64,000 nt of DNA, taken from Candidatus Marinacidobacterales bacterium (GTDB lineage: Bacteria; Acidobacteriota; Vicinamibacteria; Marinacidobacterales; SMYC01). The position numbers and the translations under genes are program-made. The notes under the pieces are model-generated. The model was not told where the DNA came from. It saw nothing but the letters and a program-made list of their open reading frames with translations, and searched no databases. Shown here piece after piece: positions 39,280 through 49,699 of the stretch. The stretch is taken from positions 128,001 to 192,000 of the forward strand of contig CBDCYI010000011.1 of the NCBI GenBank assembly GCA_965224085.1, in the 5' to 3' direction. Every line of letters starts with the position of its first letter. Position 1 is the first letter of the stretch.

Positions 39280-40299
39280 CGATGGCGTCCCGAAGCGCGA
39301 ACATGGCTTCTCCGCGCGAGCCGAGATTGCGCACCGTCGTGAAACCCGCCATCAGCGTGCGCTTTGCGTACATCGCCGCGCGCAACGAAGCATGCACGTT
39401 GCTCTTAGTGTCTCACTCGGGGATGGTTGAAACCCCTCGCCTTCAGGCGAAGCCTTTAGGAGGCTTGCGGTACGATCCCCGGATGAAAGGATATCGGAAA
39501 TCATCGCACACGACGTATCAATTAAACTACCATTTCGTATTCATCCCGAAGTACCGCAAGCCGGTATTGAGAGGAGATGTAGCACTTCGCCTGCGGGAGT
39601 TGATTAAGAGAGATCTGTGCGACGCACCACATAGAAATACTGAAGGGCCATGTACGGCCAGAGCACGTTCATCTGTTGCTGAGCGTGCCGCCACGGCTGT
39701 CGCCGAGCCGAGTAATGCAGGCGATCAAGGGGAAGACATCGCACAAGCTGATGCGTGATTTTCGAGCGATCCGCAAGAAGTTTTGGGGTCGGCACCTGTG
39801 GGCGCGCGGCTATTTTGTAGCGACGAGCGGAAACGTGACCGATGAGGTTGTGGCCAAGTACATCGAGCTGCAAGGAGAGCTGCCGGAAGACGACGAGTCG
39901 TTCAGGGTAAGCGAGTAATCCTCCGCCGTGCGCCTTTAGGCGACTTTAGTCGCCCGCGAACCCATCGCCTTTAGGCGATGGAGCGCACCCGCTCAGTGAT
40001 GCGCTCGTTGCGCGAGTTGTCTCCGGATTGCCCCGTCAAGTGCACATGAGGTCGATGAAGCCAGCCATCACGAACAGATTCGAAAGGTCGATGAGCACCG
40101 TTTCTTCGCCCGGAAGGGAAGAGATGAAGCTGTCGCGGGTCTCGGCGATCTTTCCGTCACGGATCACGAGCGTTCGCTCCGCGACCGGATCGCTTCCCGG
40201 GACGGCGAGCAGGGTCCCTGCCTGGACGAGGATCGTTTCGGAAACCGCCGGGGCGCTAAAAGCGAACGCGACCAGGAAAGCAAGAAAGACTGTCATCAT
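39280..40299 (-). pseudogene. N-terminal part of a secreted amidohydrolase, split by IS200, frameshifted and truncated
   Basis: Signal peptide, VIRDGKI, IDLS..FVMAGFID, then [16 protein letters not shown] after the IS. Confidence 0.8.
39410..39997 (+). mobile_element. IS200/IS605 tnpA-only element, copy 2 (tnpA 39483-39918 frameshifted)
   Basis: Matches 28842-29428 except a +1 T at ~39604 (GATTAAG vs GATAAG). Inserted 3' of TTAGT. Confidence 0.92.
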
Positions 40300-40553
40300 G
40301 GCGCGATCCAAACACACTTGGCGTGTGTTTGGGAGCGCTAATACTCGTAGCGGCTGTTTCGCAAGTCGAACCAAAGCGCGGATGCCGAACTATCGCTTTT
40401 GATTAGAAGTGGGCGATTGCCGTCATCCTCTTCGACGACCCCGAACGCGTTGCGGCGCGTGCTGAGCATCCTTTCGCTCCAGACGTCCCGCCAGCCGTCT
40501 TGGAACTCACCGAGAAGGCGCTCCGACGCATCGGTCGTGGCAACGAGCCACGG

Positions 40554-41933
40554 TCAGGCCTCGTCGAGACCGTGTTTCTTGAGAAGGTGCCGTAGCTGGT
40601 GGTAGCGGAGGCCGAGGCTGCGGGCGGCCTGGGCTCGGTTGCCCTTCGCGGTGCGGAGCGCGTCCGCGAGGAGCTGGCGCTCGAACGCCGTGACTTTGTC
40701 GTTGAACGTGCCGCCCATCGCGTGGAAGCGGTGGTCGCCGAGAAGGCCGATATCTTCTGGGGTGAGTTCGTTCGTCGTGTCGCGATAAACGGCGCGCTCG
40801 ATGATGTTCTTGAGCTCGCGCACGTTTCCGGGAAAGCCGTAGCTGTAAAGAAGATCGATAGCAGTTTGCGAGAGACGCTTTCCCGCGAACGCGGGTACTT
40901 CTTTCATGAACTGGTTGAGAAAGAACTGAGCGAGGATCTCGATCTCGCCTTCCCGTTCGCGTAGCGGCGGCACTTGGATCTCCTCGAACACGAGCCGATC
41001 GTAGAGGTCGTGAAGGAACTGACCTTTGCGCATCTTCTCTTTTAGGTCCGCATTCGTGGCGGCGATGATTCTTGTTTTAATTTGAATCTCTTCCTTGCCG
41101 CCCACGCGCGTGAAGCGGCGGTACTCGACGACGCGCAGAATCTTCTGCTGGAACGGAAGCGACATGTTGCCGATCTCGTCGAGAAAGAGCGTGCCGCCCG
41201 ACGCTTGCTCGAACTTGCCTTCGGTGGCGTGTGCCGCACCGGTGAAAGCACCTTTCTCGTGTCCGAAAAGCTCGCTTTCGAGAAGCGTATGCGGGAGCGC
41301 GGCGCAGTTCACGGCGACGAAGGGACCTTCGGAAAAACTTCCTTCGCGATGGATGGCGCGTGCGACGAGCTCTTTTCCCGTCCCTCGTTCACCCGCGACG
41401 AGAACGGGGCGTGGGACTTTGGCGACCCGTTCGATGCGGCGCAGCACTTCGGTCATCTGCGGCGACTCGCCTACGATGTGATAGCGGCTATCTTCCGCCT
41501 TGTGCAGGCGCGCTGTTTCCTGCTCGAGCGTTTTGGTCTGCTCCATCCATTGCCTCAGCCCAGAGAGCTTGTGGAGGAGCGTTTCGACCCGTGGCGCGAG
41601 CGGCGGGGTCCGCACGAGAAAGTCGGTGGCCCCTTTCTGAATCGCGTCGGCAACAGCCGCCACGCTGCCCGATTCGGAAACCGCGACGATGGGCACGCGG
41701 TCGTGGCGTTTGGCGAGCCGCTTGAGGACCGCGGCGCCGTCTTCGTTCCCATCACCGAGGCAGTAGTCGACAACGACGAGCTCCGGCGTCCGGCGCGCCA
41801 TGTGGCTCGCCAAGCTTCTTGCGCTTTCGACGATGGCGATGGTGCTCCCTTCGCCGAGGGTTTCGTGAAACGCCGCGGCGAGATCGTGTAGCTCACCCGA
41901 CGGTGGATTCAAAACAAGTACCGTGTCGATCAT
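40554..41933 (-). CDS. Sigma54-dependent response regulator (REC-AAA+-HTH), PspF-like AAA+/HTH
   Basis: GERGTGKELVA, ESELFGHEKGAFTGA, FPGNVRELKN, LGLRYHQLRHLLKKH; receiver Asp in VVVDY. Confidence 0.93.
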   Translation of the reverse strand: MIDTVLVLNPPSGELHDLAAAFHETLGEGSTIAIVESARSLASHMARRTPELVVVDYCLGDGNEDGAAVLKRLAKRHDRVPIVAVSESGSVAAVADAIQKGATDFLVRTPPLAPRVETLLHKLSGLRQWMEQTKTLEQETARLHKAEDSRYHIVGESPQMTEVLRRIERVAKVPRPVLVAGERGTGKELVARAIHREGSFSEGPFVAVNCAALPHTLLESELFGHEKGAFTGAAHATEGKFEQASGGTLFLDEIGNMSLPFQQKILRVVEYRRFTRVGGKEEIQIKTRIIAATNADLKEKMRKGQFLHDLYDRLVFEEIQVPPLREREGEIEILAQFFLNQFMKEVPAFAGKRLSQTAIDLLYSYGFPGNVRELKNIIERAVYRDTTNELTPEDIGLLGDHRFHAMGGTFNDKVTAFERQLLADALRTAKGNRAQAARSLGLRYHQLRHLLKKHGLDEA

Positions 41934-41939
41934 CTGGAG

Positions 41940-42056
41940 TGAGATATTCTCTCACATATGAGAAATTATCTCAGTACTAAAAGAATCCTAACTGCGATGA
42001 AACATCTATCTTTCAATGTCTTACAGGTTTTTGATCGTTTGGCACAGATCGTTCAA
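41940..42056 (+). promoter_or_regulatory. Tandem palindromic enhancer sites plus a variant sigma54 -24/-12 promoter
   Basis: TGAGATATTCTCTCA-N4-TGAGAAATTATCTCA (41940-41973), then an AT-rich spacer. TGGCAC at 42040 has TC rather than GC at -12. Confidence 0.55.
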
Positions 42057-42067
42057 TAGATTCCTGC

Positions 42068-42185
42068 AGAAGCCAGCTGCCGGTAGGTGGCCTGGAGAGA
42101 AATGGAGGAAGAGGGATCGTGATTCGTGTAACGGCTGTGGTCTTAATCAACGGCTTCGGCACCTCCTGGCGCTGAGCTGGCTTCT
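42068..42185 (+). ncRNA. Candidate fold-back RNA containing an 18-aa sORF (42119-42175)
   Basis: AGAAGCCAGCT/AGCTGGCTTCT perfect 11-bp closure plus GCCGGTAGGTG/CACCTCCTGGC, followed by a U-rich tract. Confidence 0.45.
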
Positions 42186-42192
42186 TTAGCTT

Positions 42193-42230
42193 TCTGCATA
42201 GTTATGCTATATTAACGCATAATTATGACA
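42193..42230 (+). promoter_or_regulatory. Tandem ARG boxes (ArgR operator) overlapping the argG start
   Basis: TGCATAGTTATGCT and CGCATAATTATGAC match the GCATAwwwATGC type and lie upstream of argGH. Confidence 0.65.
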
Positions 42231-43436
42231 CCTAAAAAGGTCGTTCTAGCGTATTCGGGAGGTCTCGACACCTCCGTCATCGTCCCCTGGTTGAAAGAGA
42301 ACTACGAGTGCGAGGTCATCGCGATGCTCGCGGACGTGGGACAGGGTGAAGATCTAGAAGCCGCCGCAAAAAAGGGCACGGCCATCGGCGCCAGGAAGAC
42401 GTTCGTCGAGGATCTGCGCACGGAGTTCGTGCGCGACTACGTCTTCCCGGCTCTGCGCGCCGGTGCTCGATACGAGCACGACTACCTCCTCGGTACGTCG
42501 CTCGCCCGGCCGATCATCGCCAAGCGTCAGGTCGAGATCGCACTCGCCGAAGGTGCTGCCTATGTCGCGCATGGCTGTACCGGCAAAGGCAACGATCAAG
42601 TGCGCTTCGAGCTCACGTTCCAAGCGCTCGCGCCCGAGCTCAAAGTCATCGCCCCGTGGCGTGAATGGGATATCCGCTCGCGCGAAGACGCGCTCGCCTA
42701 CGCGGAGAAACACGGGATTCCCGTCGCGCAAAGCAAAGAGAATATCTATAGCCGCGACCAGAACATCCTGCACTTGAGCCATGAAGGCGGTGCGCTCGAG
42801 CAACCGTGGACGCCGCCACCGGAGAATCTCTACCAGATCTCGAAGTCGCCCGCCGAAGCTCCAGCCGAGCCCGAGTTCGTCGAGATCGGGTTCGACAAAG
42901 GAACGCCCGTCTCGGTCAATGGCAAAGCGCTCGATCCGGTGCCGCTTCTCGAAAAACTCAACGAGCTCGGCGGTGCGCACGGCGTCGGCCGTATCGACAT
43001 CGTCGAGAACCGTTTGGTCGGGATGAAGTCGCGAGGCGTCTACGAGACGCCTGGCGGAACAATCCTGCACGCCGCGCATCGCTCTCTCGAGAGCATTACT
43101 CTCGACCGCGAGACCTCGCATTACAAAGCCGGGATGGCGATCAAATACTCTGAGATAGTTTATGACGGCCAGTGGTTCTCGCCGCTTCGGGAAGCACTCG
43201 ACACGTTCGTCGACCGAACGCAGCAAACAGTCACGGGCGACGTTCTCGTACAGCTCTACAAGGGTAGCGCCAACGCCGTCGGACGGCGCTCGCCCCACAG
43301 CTTGTACTCGGAGGATTTCGCGACTTTCGGTGAAGACGATGTCTACAAGCAAGCGGACGCCGAAGGCTTTATCCGTCTGTTTGGCCTTCCTCAGAGAATT
43401 CGCAAGCTGAGCGAGCGCGCGGGCGAGAGAGGATGA
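42225..43436 (+). CDS. argG: Argininosuccinate synthase
   Basis: [35 protein letters not shown]. Confidence 0.98.
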   Translation: MTPKKVVLAYSGGLDTSVIVPWLKENYECEVIAMLADVGQGEDLEAAAKKGTAIGARKTFVEDLRTEFVRDYVFPALRAGARYEHDYLLGTSLARPIIAKRQVEIALAEGAAYVAHGCTGKGNDQVRFELTFQALAPELKVIAPWREWDIRSREDALAYAEKHGIPVAQSKENIYSRDQNILHLSHEGGALEQPWTPPPENLYQISKSPAEAPAEPEFVEIGFDKGTPVSVNGKALDPVPLLEKLNELGGAHGVGRIDIVENRLVGMKSRGVYETPGGTILHAAHRSLESITLDRETSHYKAGMAIKYSEIVYDGQWFSPLREALDTFVDRTQQTVTGDVLVQLYKGSANAVGRRSPHSLYSEDFATFGEDDVYKQADAEGFIRLFGLPQRIRKLSERAGERG

Positions 43437-44791
43437 AGCTCTGGGGCGGCCGGTTCAAGAAGCCCACAGCACCGGAGTTCGAAGCACTCGGGATCTCGAT
43501 CGACTTCGACCGAAGGCTCGCCTTCGAAGATGTCTGCATCAACCGAGCCTATGCGCGCGAGCTTTCGGCAGTCGGTGTCCTCAGTGAAGCCGAGCTCGAG
43601 ACGATCATCCAAGGTCTCGAGAAGGTCGAGGCGCGGCTGAAAGAAAACCCCGTTCTCGAAGATGAAGACATTCATACCGCGGTGGAACGGCTGCTCTCAG
43701 AGGTCATCGATCCCGAGATCGCCGCCAAAGTTCCGACGGGTCGAAGCCGCAACGACCTCGCGGTCACCGAGCTTCGCCTTTATCTTGCGAGCGCCATCAT
43801 CACGCGCATCGCAGACATCAAGAAGCTTCAAGAGAGTTTGCTCGCGCAGGCGCGCGCTAACCAGGACGCCCTCTTGCCCGGCTACACCCATCTTCGCCGC
43901 GGACAGCCCGTCGTTTTTGCCCAATACCTCCTTGCCTATTTCTGGGCGCTCGATCGGGACCGCGAGCGGCTCGTGCAAGCTCGACAACGATCCCTCGGTC
44001 TTGCCCTCGGCGCGGGTGCTTTGGCCGGCAATCCGTTCGGGGTCGATCGGCGCCGGCTTGCGGACGAGCTCGGCTTCGAGCGCGTGCTTCCGAACAGCAT
44101 CGACGCGATCTCATCGCGCGACTACATTCTCGAGTTTCTCTCGGCCGGCGCCATACTCGGAACGCATCTCTCGCGTATGGCCGAAGATCTCATCTTGTGG
44201 TCGGGCGTCGAGTACGGCTTCGTCACCATCGACGAGAGCTATGCGACGGGAAGCAGCCTCATGCCGCAGAAGCGCAATCCCGACAGCCTCGAGCTCATCC
44301 GAGGCAAGTCCGGTAGACTCACCGGAAATCTCATGGCGCTCCTCACGGTCGTCAAAGGGCTTGCGACCGGTTATCAGCGTGACCTACAGGAAGACAAAGA
44401 GCCTGCCTTCGATACGTTGGATACGCTTGGCCTCGTGCTGCCGGTGATGGACGGTGTCGTTCGCACGCTTACCGTGAACCGCGCAGGCATGAAGCAAGCG
44501 CTCTCGCCCGATTTACTCGCCACCGACCTCGCCGAGTACCTCGTTCGGCGCGGGATTCCCTTCCGCAACGCGCACGCCATCGTGGGCGAGGTGCTCGCCC
44601 TAGCCGCAGAGAAGGGCGTTTCCCCCGGCGAGCTCTCGCTCGACGAGCTGCGCGGCTTCTCACCTGAGTTCGAAGACGACGTGTCCGAAGTCTGGGACTA
44701 CCGGGCCTCCGTGGCTCGACGCGATACCGAAGGTGGGGTCTCGCCCCGCGCGATCGAAGAGCAACTCGCGAAGGCCGAGAAACGGCTCTAG
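43433..44791 (+). CDS. argH: Argininosuccinate lyase
   Basis: [33 protein letters not shown]. Confidence 0.97.
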   Translation: MKLWGGRFKKPTAPEFEALGISIDFDRRLAFEDVCINRAYARELSAVGVLSEAELETIIQGLEKVEARLKENPVLEDEDIHTAVERLLSEVIDPEIAAKVPTGRSRNDLAVTELRLYLASAIITRIADIKKLQESLLAQARANQDALLPGYTHLRRGQPVVFAQYLLAYFWALDRDRERLVQARQRSLGLALGAGALAGNPFGVDRRRLADELGFERVLPNSIDAISSRDYILEFLSAGAILGTHLSRMAEDLILWSGVEYGFVTIDESYATGSSLMPQKRNPDSLELIRGKSGRLTGNLMALLTVVKGLATGYQRDLQEDKEPAFDTLDTLGLVLPVMDGVVRTLTVNRAGMKQALSPDLLATDLAEYLVRRGIPFRNAHAIVGEVLALAAEKGVSPGELSLDELRGFSPEFEDDVSEVWDYRASVARRDTEGGVSPRAIEEQLAKAEKRL

Positions 44792-44802
44792 ATGACTTCC
44801 CG

Positions 44803-45470
44803 CTAACACAGACGCTCATCGAAAAAACTGAGGACGCGGTCGAGCGCTTGCCGCGTGGGGAGACCGTCCTCGTCCACGAGCTCCTCGGTCAAGACACTAT
44901 GGGCCGTTTTTGAAAATCCCCACCGATTGCCCGGGATGGAGTCGATCTCGATCGCTTCAAAGCCTTCGCCGAGCTCGCTGCGGAGACGGTCGGCGCGCCG
45001 CCGGGCAGCCCGGATCGTGCGTGAAGCGTAGGCCCAACACACTGAGATTGCGGCCTTCGCCATGGATGCGTTTTCGGACGCCTTTGAGCTCCTCACTCGA
45101 AAGATGGATTCCTGCCTTTCGAGATGCTCCGAGCGGAAGGGGCAGCGCGGGCTGCGACAATACCGGAGCGCGCACCGCGGGTTCGATCATCAACGCGAGC
45201 GCGAAGTTACCCGTCAGGCACATTCCGAGTGCGCCGATGCCCGGGCCGCCAAGCTCTTCGTGAATCTTGCGACAGAGCGCCCGTAGCCAGTCGCAGATCG
45301 GGCCCGATCCGCCTGACGCGAGCACATGGAACTCGCGAGAAATACACGCCCGCGCCATCTGGGAGGCCGCGTATGGCAACGAGACGGGCTTGTCGACTTT
45401 GCCGAACATCTCCGGGAGAAACACCGTGAACCCGCGCTCACGCATGAGTAAGAGTGCATCACGATCTTCG
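44803..45470 (-). pseudogene. Dienelactone hydrolase family gene, 5'-deleted and frameshifted (~44995)
   Basis: ACISREF, GALGMCLTGNFAL, LSQPALP, AHSVLT. Confidence 0.75.
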
Positions 45471-45800
45471 CGGAACGTCGGACCGATACCGACCCGTAGG
45501 CCGAGCGCTAGGATCATGTTCTTCGGCAGCTTGAAATAGAAAAACTGCTGCGCGAGTGCCTTCAAATACGGCGCCCCGGCGCCCAGAATCCGAGAGGACC
45601 ATTCGAGATCGAGAATCCGAAACTGGCCCGCCGGAGGGTTGAGAGGATCGTCTCGTCGATCGGTCACCGAGGCGGCCGAGAGCGAGGCAACGCGTACGTT
45701 GCGGAAACGACGTCGATCACGCCTATATCGACGAGAAGGTTGAGACTTTCGTGCGGTTGAAGCGATAGCGGAACAGCAGATTCTGATGCTCGCCGAGGCG
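45471..45800 (-). pseudogene. Internal fragment of a BamA/TamA (Omp85) barrel, fused in frame to the hydrolase remnant
   Basis: DRRDDPLNPPAG...ILALGLRVG, a typical Omp85 D.RD...P..G motif. Confidence 0.55.
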
Positions 45801-45826
45801 TGAGCTCCAACGTGACGCAGGTGGTG

Positions 45827-46407
45827 TCACTCGACCGCGACCCGGCCCGTCATCTGGGGGTGCAGGGTGCAGTGAATCCTGTACACCCCCCGCTCATCGA
45901 AAGAAATCTCGAATAAGTCGCCGGTTCTGAGCGCGCCCGAGTCGAACTCGACTGACGGGTCTCCGTTTCCGCCGGCCGTTACCGTGTGAGGGACGTCGTC
46001 CCAGTTGACGAAAGAGATCTTCTGGCCAGGCTTCGCAGCAATCTCACCAAAGCTGAAGTTGCTGATCGATGCATAGACGCCATCGCTGGCGTCCACCTCG
46101 GCGAAGACACCCCGCACAACGTCGGCCCGGGTGGCCAGCGGCCAAATCGTTGGGTTCCACATGGAAAAAACGCCCGCGGGATTGTCGAAGTTGCGTGCTC
46201 TTTGTAGGTGTAGCGACTGAAGCCGTACGAGCCGATGGGGCGATCTGGAAGGACCGGGAGCAGATCTCGATCCGTCATCCGTGGTCGAGCGTCCGCCACA
46301 TCGTCTTCGCGCGTCTGCGGCATTGCCTCGCTATCGGCGAGTTCCGCGCAACCGATGGCCGCGATCGCACAGATTCCAGCGAAAACGAAGAGGGCTCTTT
46401 GCTCCAT
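45827..46407 (-). pseudogene. Cupredoxin-domain lipoprotein with internal deletion/frameshift
   Basis: Lipobox AIGC in one frame; N.DDVPHTVT...FDSG...YRIHCTLHPQMTG in another. Confidence 0.65.
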
Positions 46408-46617
46408 TCGTCACGTCCTATGCTGGTTTGGCACGCGCACCACCCAAACCGCAAAAGGTAGCACGTCGGCACACCGGCCGCTACTCGAGGTCCTGTTCGA
46501 TCAAAAGCCAAGGGGTGCGCGTCGAAGTGACTTCCTCCGCGTCCGTTCTTTGCGTACGGCGAGTTCCTGGATTGCCTTTGCCGGTACTCCCCGCATCGTT
46601 TTGGGAGAAGGTCATGA

Positions 46618-48303
46618 TCACTCCCGGAGCTCCGACTCGCCGTCGACTCTCACGGCGCCGAGGTCGTAGACCTCGATCATCTCATCCTCGTAGATCCTGG
46701 GAAAACGATCGGCGACGGACGCGGGAAGAATCATCGGCTCAGGCCCGTATTCCAGCGTCCAGTAGCCCTCTATTTGGGAGTTGTCGAAGAGGTGATGATT
46801 CAAAGGCGAGATCCTGGATAGGGCGCGATGCATCCGGCTCATCTCGTCTTGAATCCGCTTGTGATAGATAAGGAAGCGAGCGTCCGAAGGCAGCACCATG
46901 GGGTGACTCGTTAAATTCGCAATGCGCCCAAATGTCAGCCGGTCATCGTTGAAAACCGATTGAAATCTCCCGCTCGCCAGTGTGCCCGTATAGACGTCGC
47001 GGCCGTGCTCTCTCTGGTAGATGCCGTAGATCGGAAAAATGATCGACAGTGGAGCTTCGATGAGCGCGCCGGCGGGCAGGTCCTGCTTCAACCGAGAGTA
47101 GAACGCGGGTTGAGCATCCATGATTCCGCCGGTCCTCAAGTCTCGTGGGAGAAACGCCATAAATGGATGGGAGCGATAGGCCGACCCGCGCAGTGTTCCG
47201 TAGCGACCAGCTCGAACATGAGCCGTGAATAGCAAAACGGCGAGGCTGGCCGCAACCGGATAGCCTAGAAAAGGACGATTCACCTTCCGGCAAATCACAT
47301 CCAACAGCCAAGCGAGGGGGACGGCGGTGAATGCCAGCAGAAACGGAATCAGGTGCGCGAGGTAACGTAACCATATCCAGGGTATCTCGACCAGAAAAGG
47401 CTGAAAGTACCAGACGACGGACAGTTGCACTCCCAGCATGGCGCACACGACGGCGATTTCCGTGGGATAGCGCACGCCGATCCGCCATGCGCCTACCGCC
47501 CAGATCACTGGCCACAGGAAGACTGGAGGGTCCAGCCCGGTACCATGAAGCAACATCAACCCATACCGGACGGTCTCCCATGTCATCGCCCCCTTGCCGC
47601 TCTTGAAGCCGATCTCCTCCAGAAGAGAGGATCGGGCAGGAGCCAGCAAGAGCGCGGCGAGAACGGTGACGAGCAGGGCTGACCAAACAACGTCCTTCCT
47701 TCTCGCCGAACTACAACCCCGTCGAAAACAGCTCATCAGAATGAACAGGGCAAGGACCGCGCAACTCGGAGACACGATCGGATGGAAACTTACCGCCAGC
47801 ACACAGGAGGAACCGGCGATCATGAGCATCCAGCGTTGCTCCTCTCGGGCCCAAGCGAAGGAGAGAAGACAGGCCAGCAGGAATAGCATCAGCACGATCG
47901 GATAAGGACGGGCCTCCCCAGAGAGATAGATGAGGTGCGGGGAGAGAGCGACCAAAGCCGTCAACAGCACAGACTCCGACGGGCGCAGTAGTCGCATGGA
48001 AGCCCAGCCCGTCAACCCGACCAGCCCGATTCCTGCAACCGCGCCTGGAAGACGATAGGCCCACTCCCCCAAGCCGTGGTTCTCGGCGATCCATTTCGCC
48101 CACAGTGTCAACGGGATACAGTGATCGTGACGGCCGAGATGCGTCAGAATCCAGCCCCAGCTCTCCCGGGTCAGAACGACGATGCCGTGCAGCTCGTCCT
48201 GAAACAGTAGATGCGAACCGAGGCCCTTCAGCCTCAACCACGCGGCTGCCGCAACGAGCAATGAAATGGACCCGACCACGATGCGGCGCGAACTCACTCC
48301 CAT
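46618..48303 (-). CDS. GT-C fold (family 39/PMT-like) integral membrane glycosyltransferase
   Basis: TM1 followed by QDE, RLPG, SP..IY.S.EARPY; many TM helices. Confidence 0.7.
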   Translation of the reverse strand: MGVSSRRIVVGSISLLVAAAAWLRLKGLGSHLLFQDELHGIVVLTRESWGWILTHLGRHDHCIPLTLWAKWIAENHGLGEWAYRLPGAVAGIGLVGLTGWASMRLLRPSESVLLTALVALSPHLIYLSGEARPYPIVLMLFLLACLLSFAWAREEQRWMLMIAGSSCVLAVSFHPIVSPSCAVLALFILMSCFRRGCSSARRKDVVWSALLVTVLAALLLAPARSSLLEEIGFKSGKGAMTWETVRYGLMLLHGTGLDPPVFLWPVIWAVGAWRIGVRYPTEIAVVCAMLGVQLSVVWYFQPFLVEIPWIWLRYLAHLIPFLLAFTAVPLAWLLDVICRKVNRPFLGYPVAASLAVLLFTAHVRAGRYGTLRGSAYRSHPFMAFLPRDLRTGGIMDAQPAFYSRLKQDLPAGALIEAPLSIIFPIYGIYQREHGRDVYTGTLASGRFQSVFNDDRLTFGRIANLTSHPMVLPSDARFLIYHKRIQDEMSRMHRALSRISPLNHHLFDNSQIEGYWTLEYGPEPMILPASVADRFPRIYEDEMIEVYDLGAVRVDGESELRE

Positions 48304-48704
48304 GTTCGTGGTCTCTACAGCTGGAAGGATATACGTGTCCGGTGCGGATCCGCTCGAATTTTCCGACCAAGCTAGGGCCGTGCGGCCCGATTTGAGTGCC
48401 GCTGAGAGTACCAGAACTCGAGCAAGAAGGACAGGAAGGACAGGAAATTGCTCCCTCAGCCTGTGGGCGGTGGGGTCGAGGCCTGGCGCGGTAGAGGTAG
48501 GCGAGGGGAGTAGCTGTTGCTGGCGGCTTTCCCCGAGTGCCGATGCCTCAGTCTTTTACATGTCCCCGTTTCCAGCCCCCTCCACCTCGCACGCAACGCG
48601 CGGATTTCCCGCAAAACGTGCTCCTGCACGCTCATGCCAAGGGAAGGTAGCCTATCCGGTTGGGCCACTGTCCACGAGGGCTCGAGATAACGGACCCGAT
48701 AGTC

Positions 48705-48850
48705 GTTAAACAGTCCGAGGTCACCACCTTTCAAGCGAACGACACGGTCGCCTCCGCGGGCGAGATGGATCATGAGCTGATGGATGGCCGTTTGCCCGAT
48801 ACTTCCGCGCCCCCTTGAGCGTGCCGACGTCGAAGCACTAAGCGTTTTTT
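48705..48850 (-). pseudogene. Fragment of uroporphyrinogen-III C-methyltransferase
   Basis: QTAIHQLMIHLARGGDRVVRLKGGD signature only. Confidence 0.65.
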
Positions 48851-48890
48851 GCCAGGGTCAGAATCGCGGCCGACACCAGAGATCCTACGG

Positions 48891-49679
48891 CTACTCGCTT
48901 CGCGACTCGCCTTTGGCTCGCTCTGCGCTTGGGCTGACGGCTCTCTGGAGCTCCCAGAGCTTGGCGTATTTGCTGAACGAGTAGAACGCCCCAGTCACCG
49001 CCATGATGATGCCGTTGCGGCCGTCGAGAATCCCCGCCTTCAAGATCAAATCCCTGAAGATGGAGAGCGGAAGGATAAACAGGAGCTTCAGCACTCCCGC
49101 GCGCTCGCCCTGACGGTGCAGCTCTTCGGCCGCCGTCGTCGCGTAGGTGTCGCTCTTGACGACGCGGTGACTCAGCGATTCGGTCGTATAGTGGTGAAGC
49201 TCTCCCTCGAGACGCTCGACGGCGCCGTCCACGAGAACACGCTCGTGCACACGGTGGTCGGAGACGCGGCCTTTTTCCCGCTGGAACAGCCGCTCGACAT
49301 AAGAAGGCCCCCCGTTCCCGAACTTTAGTCGATCGCCACAGTAGTAGTTCACGCGCAGCATGGAGTAGCCCGCGACGCGTCCCTTCGACTGCACCGCGCG
49401 CTGTATCTCGGCAGCAAGCGTGTCATCGACGACTTCGTCCGCGTCGAGAAAGAGCACCCAATCCCCTTCGGCTTTCGATAGCGCATAGTTTTTCTGAGGG
49501 CCGTAGCCTTGCCAGTCTTCCTGCAAGTAGACCTTGGCGCCGAGCTCTTGGGCGAGCTCGCGCGTGCCGTCCGTCGAGCCGGAATCCACCACGACGATCG
49601 CATCCGCAAAGGAAACGGCCGAAAGAGTCCGCTTCAAAAGATGCGCGGCATCCCGGGTGATGAGAACGACCGACAGCAT
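48891..49679 (-). CDS. Glycosyltransferase family 2 (KdtX/WaaE-like)
   Basis: VVDSGSTDGT, GYGPQKN, LDADE, VHE. Confidence 0.9.
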   Translation of the reverse strand: MLSVVLITRDAAHLLKRTLSAVSFADAIVVVDSGSTDGTRELAQELGAKVYLQEDWQGYGPQKNYALSKAEGDWVLFLDADEVVDDTLAAEIQRAVQSKGRVAGYSMLRVNYYCGDRLKFGNGGPSYVERLFQREKGRVSDHRVHERVLVDGAVERLEGELHHYTTESLSHRVVKSDTYATTAAEELHRQGERAGVLKLLFILPLSIFRDLILKAGILDGRNGIIMAVTGAFYSFSKYAKLWELQRAVSPSAERAKGESRSE

Positions 49680-49699
49680 GGGCCTTATAATAGCGGACC
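49680..49699. promoter_or_regulatory. Overlapping divergent -10 elements, probably leaderless on both strands
   Basis: TATAAT 8 nt before the purM GTG and TATTAT 7 nt before the GT2 ATG; no SD sequence. Confidence 0.55.

Noticed and set aside
48310-48700. Degraded sequence with a short AGGACAGGA repeat
   Set aside because: Probably pseudogene debris; no family could be assigned.
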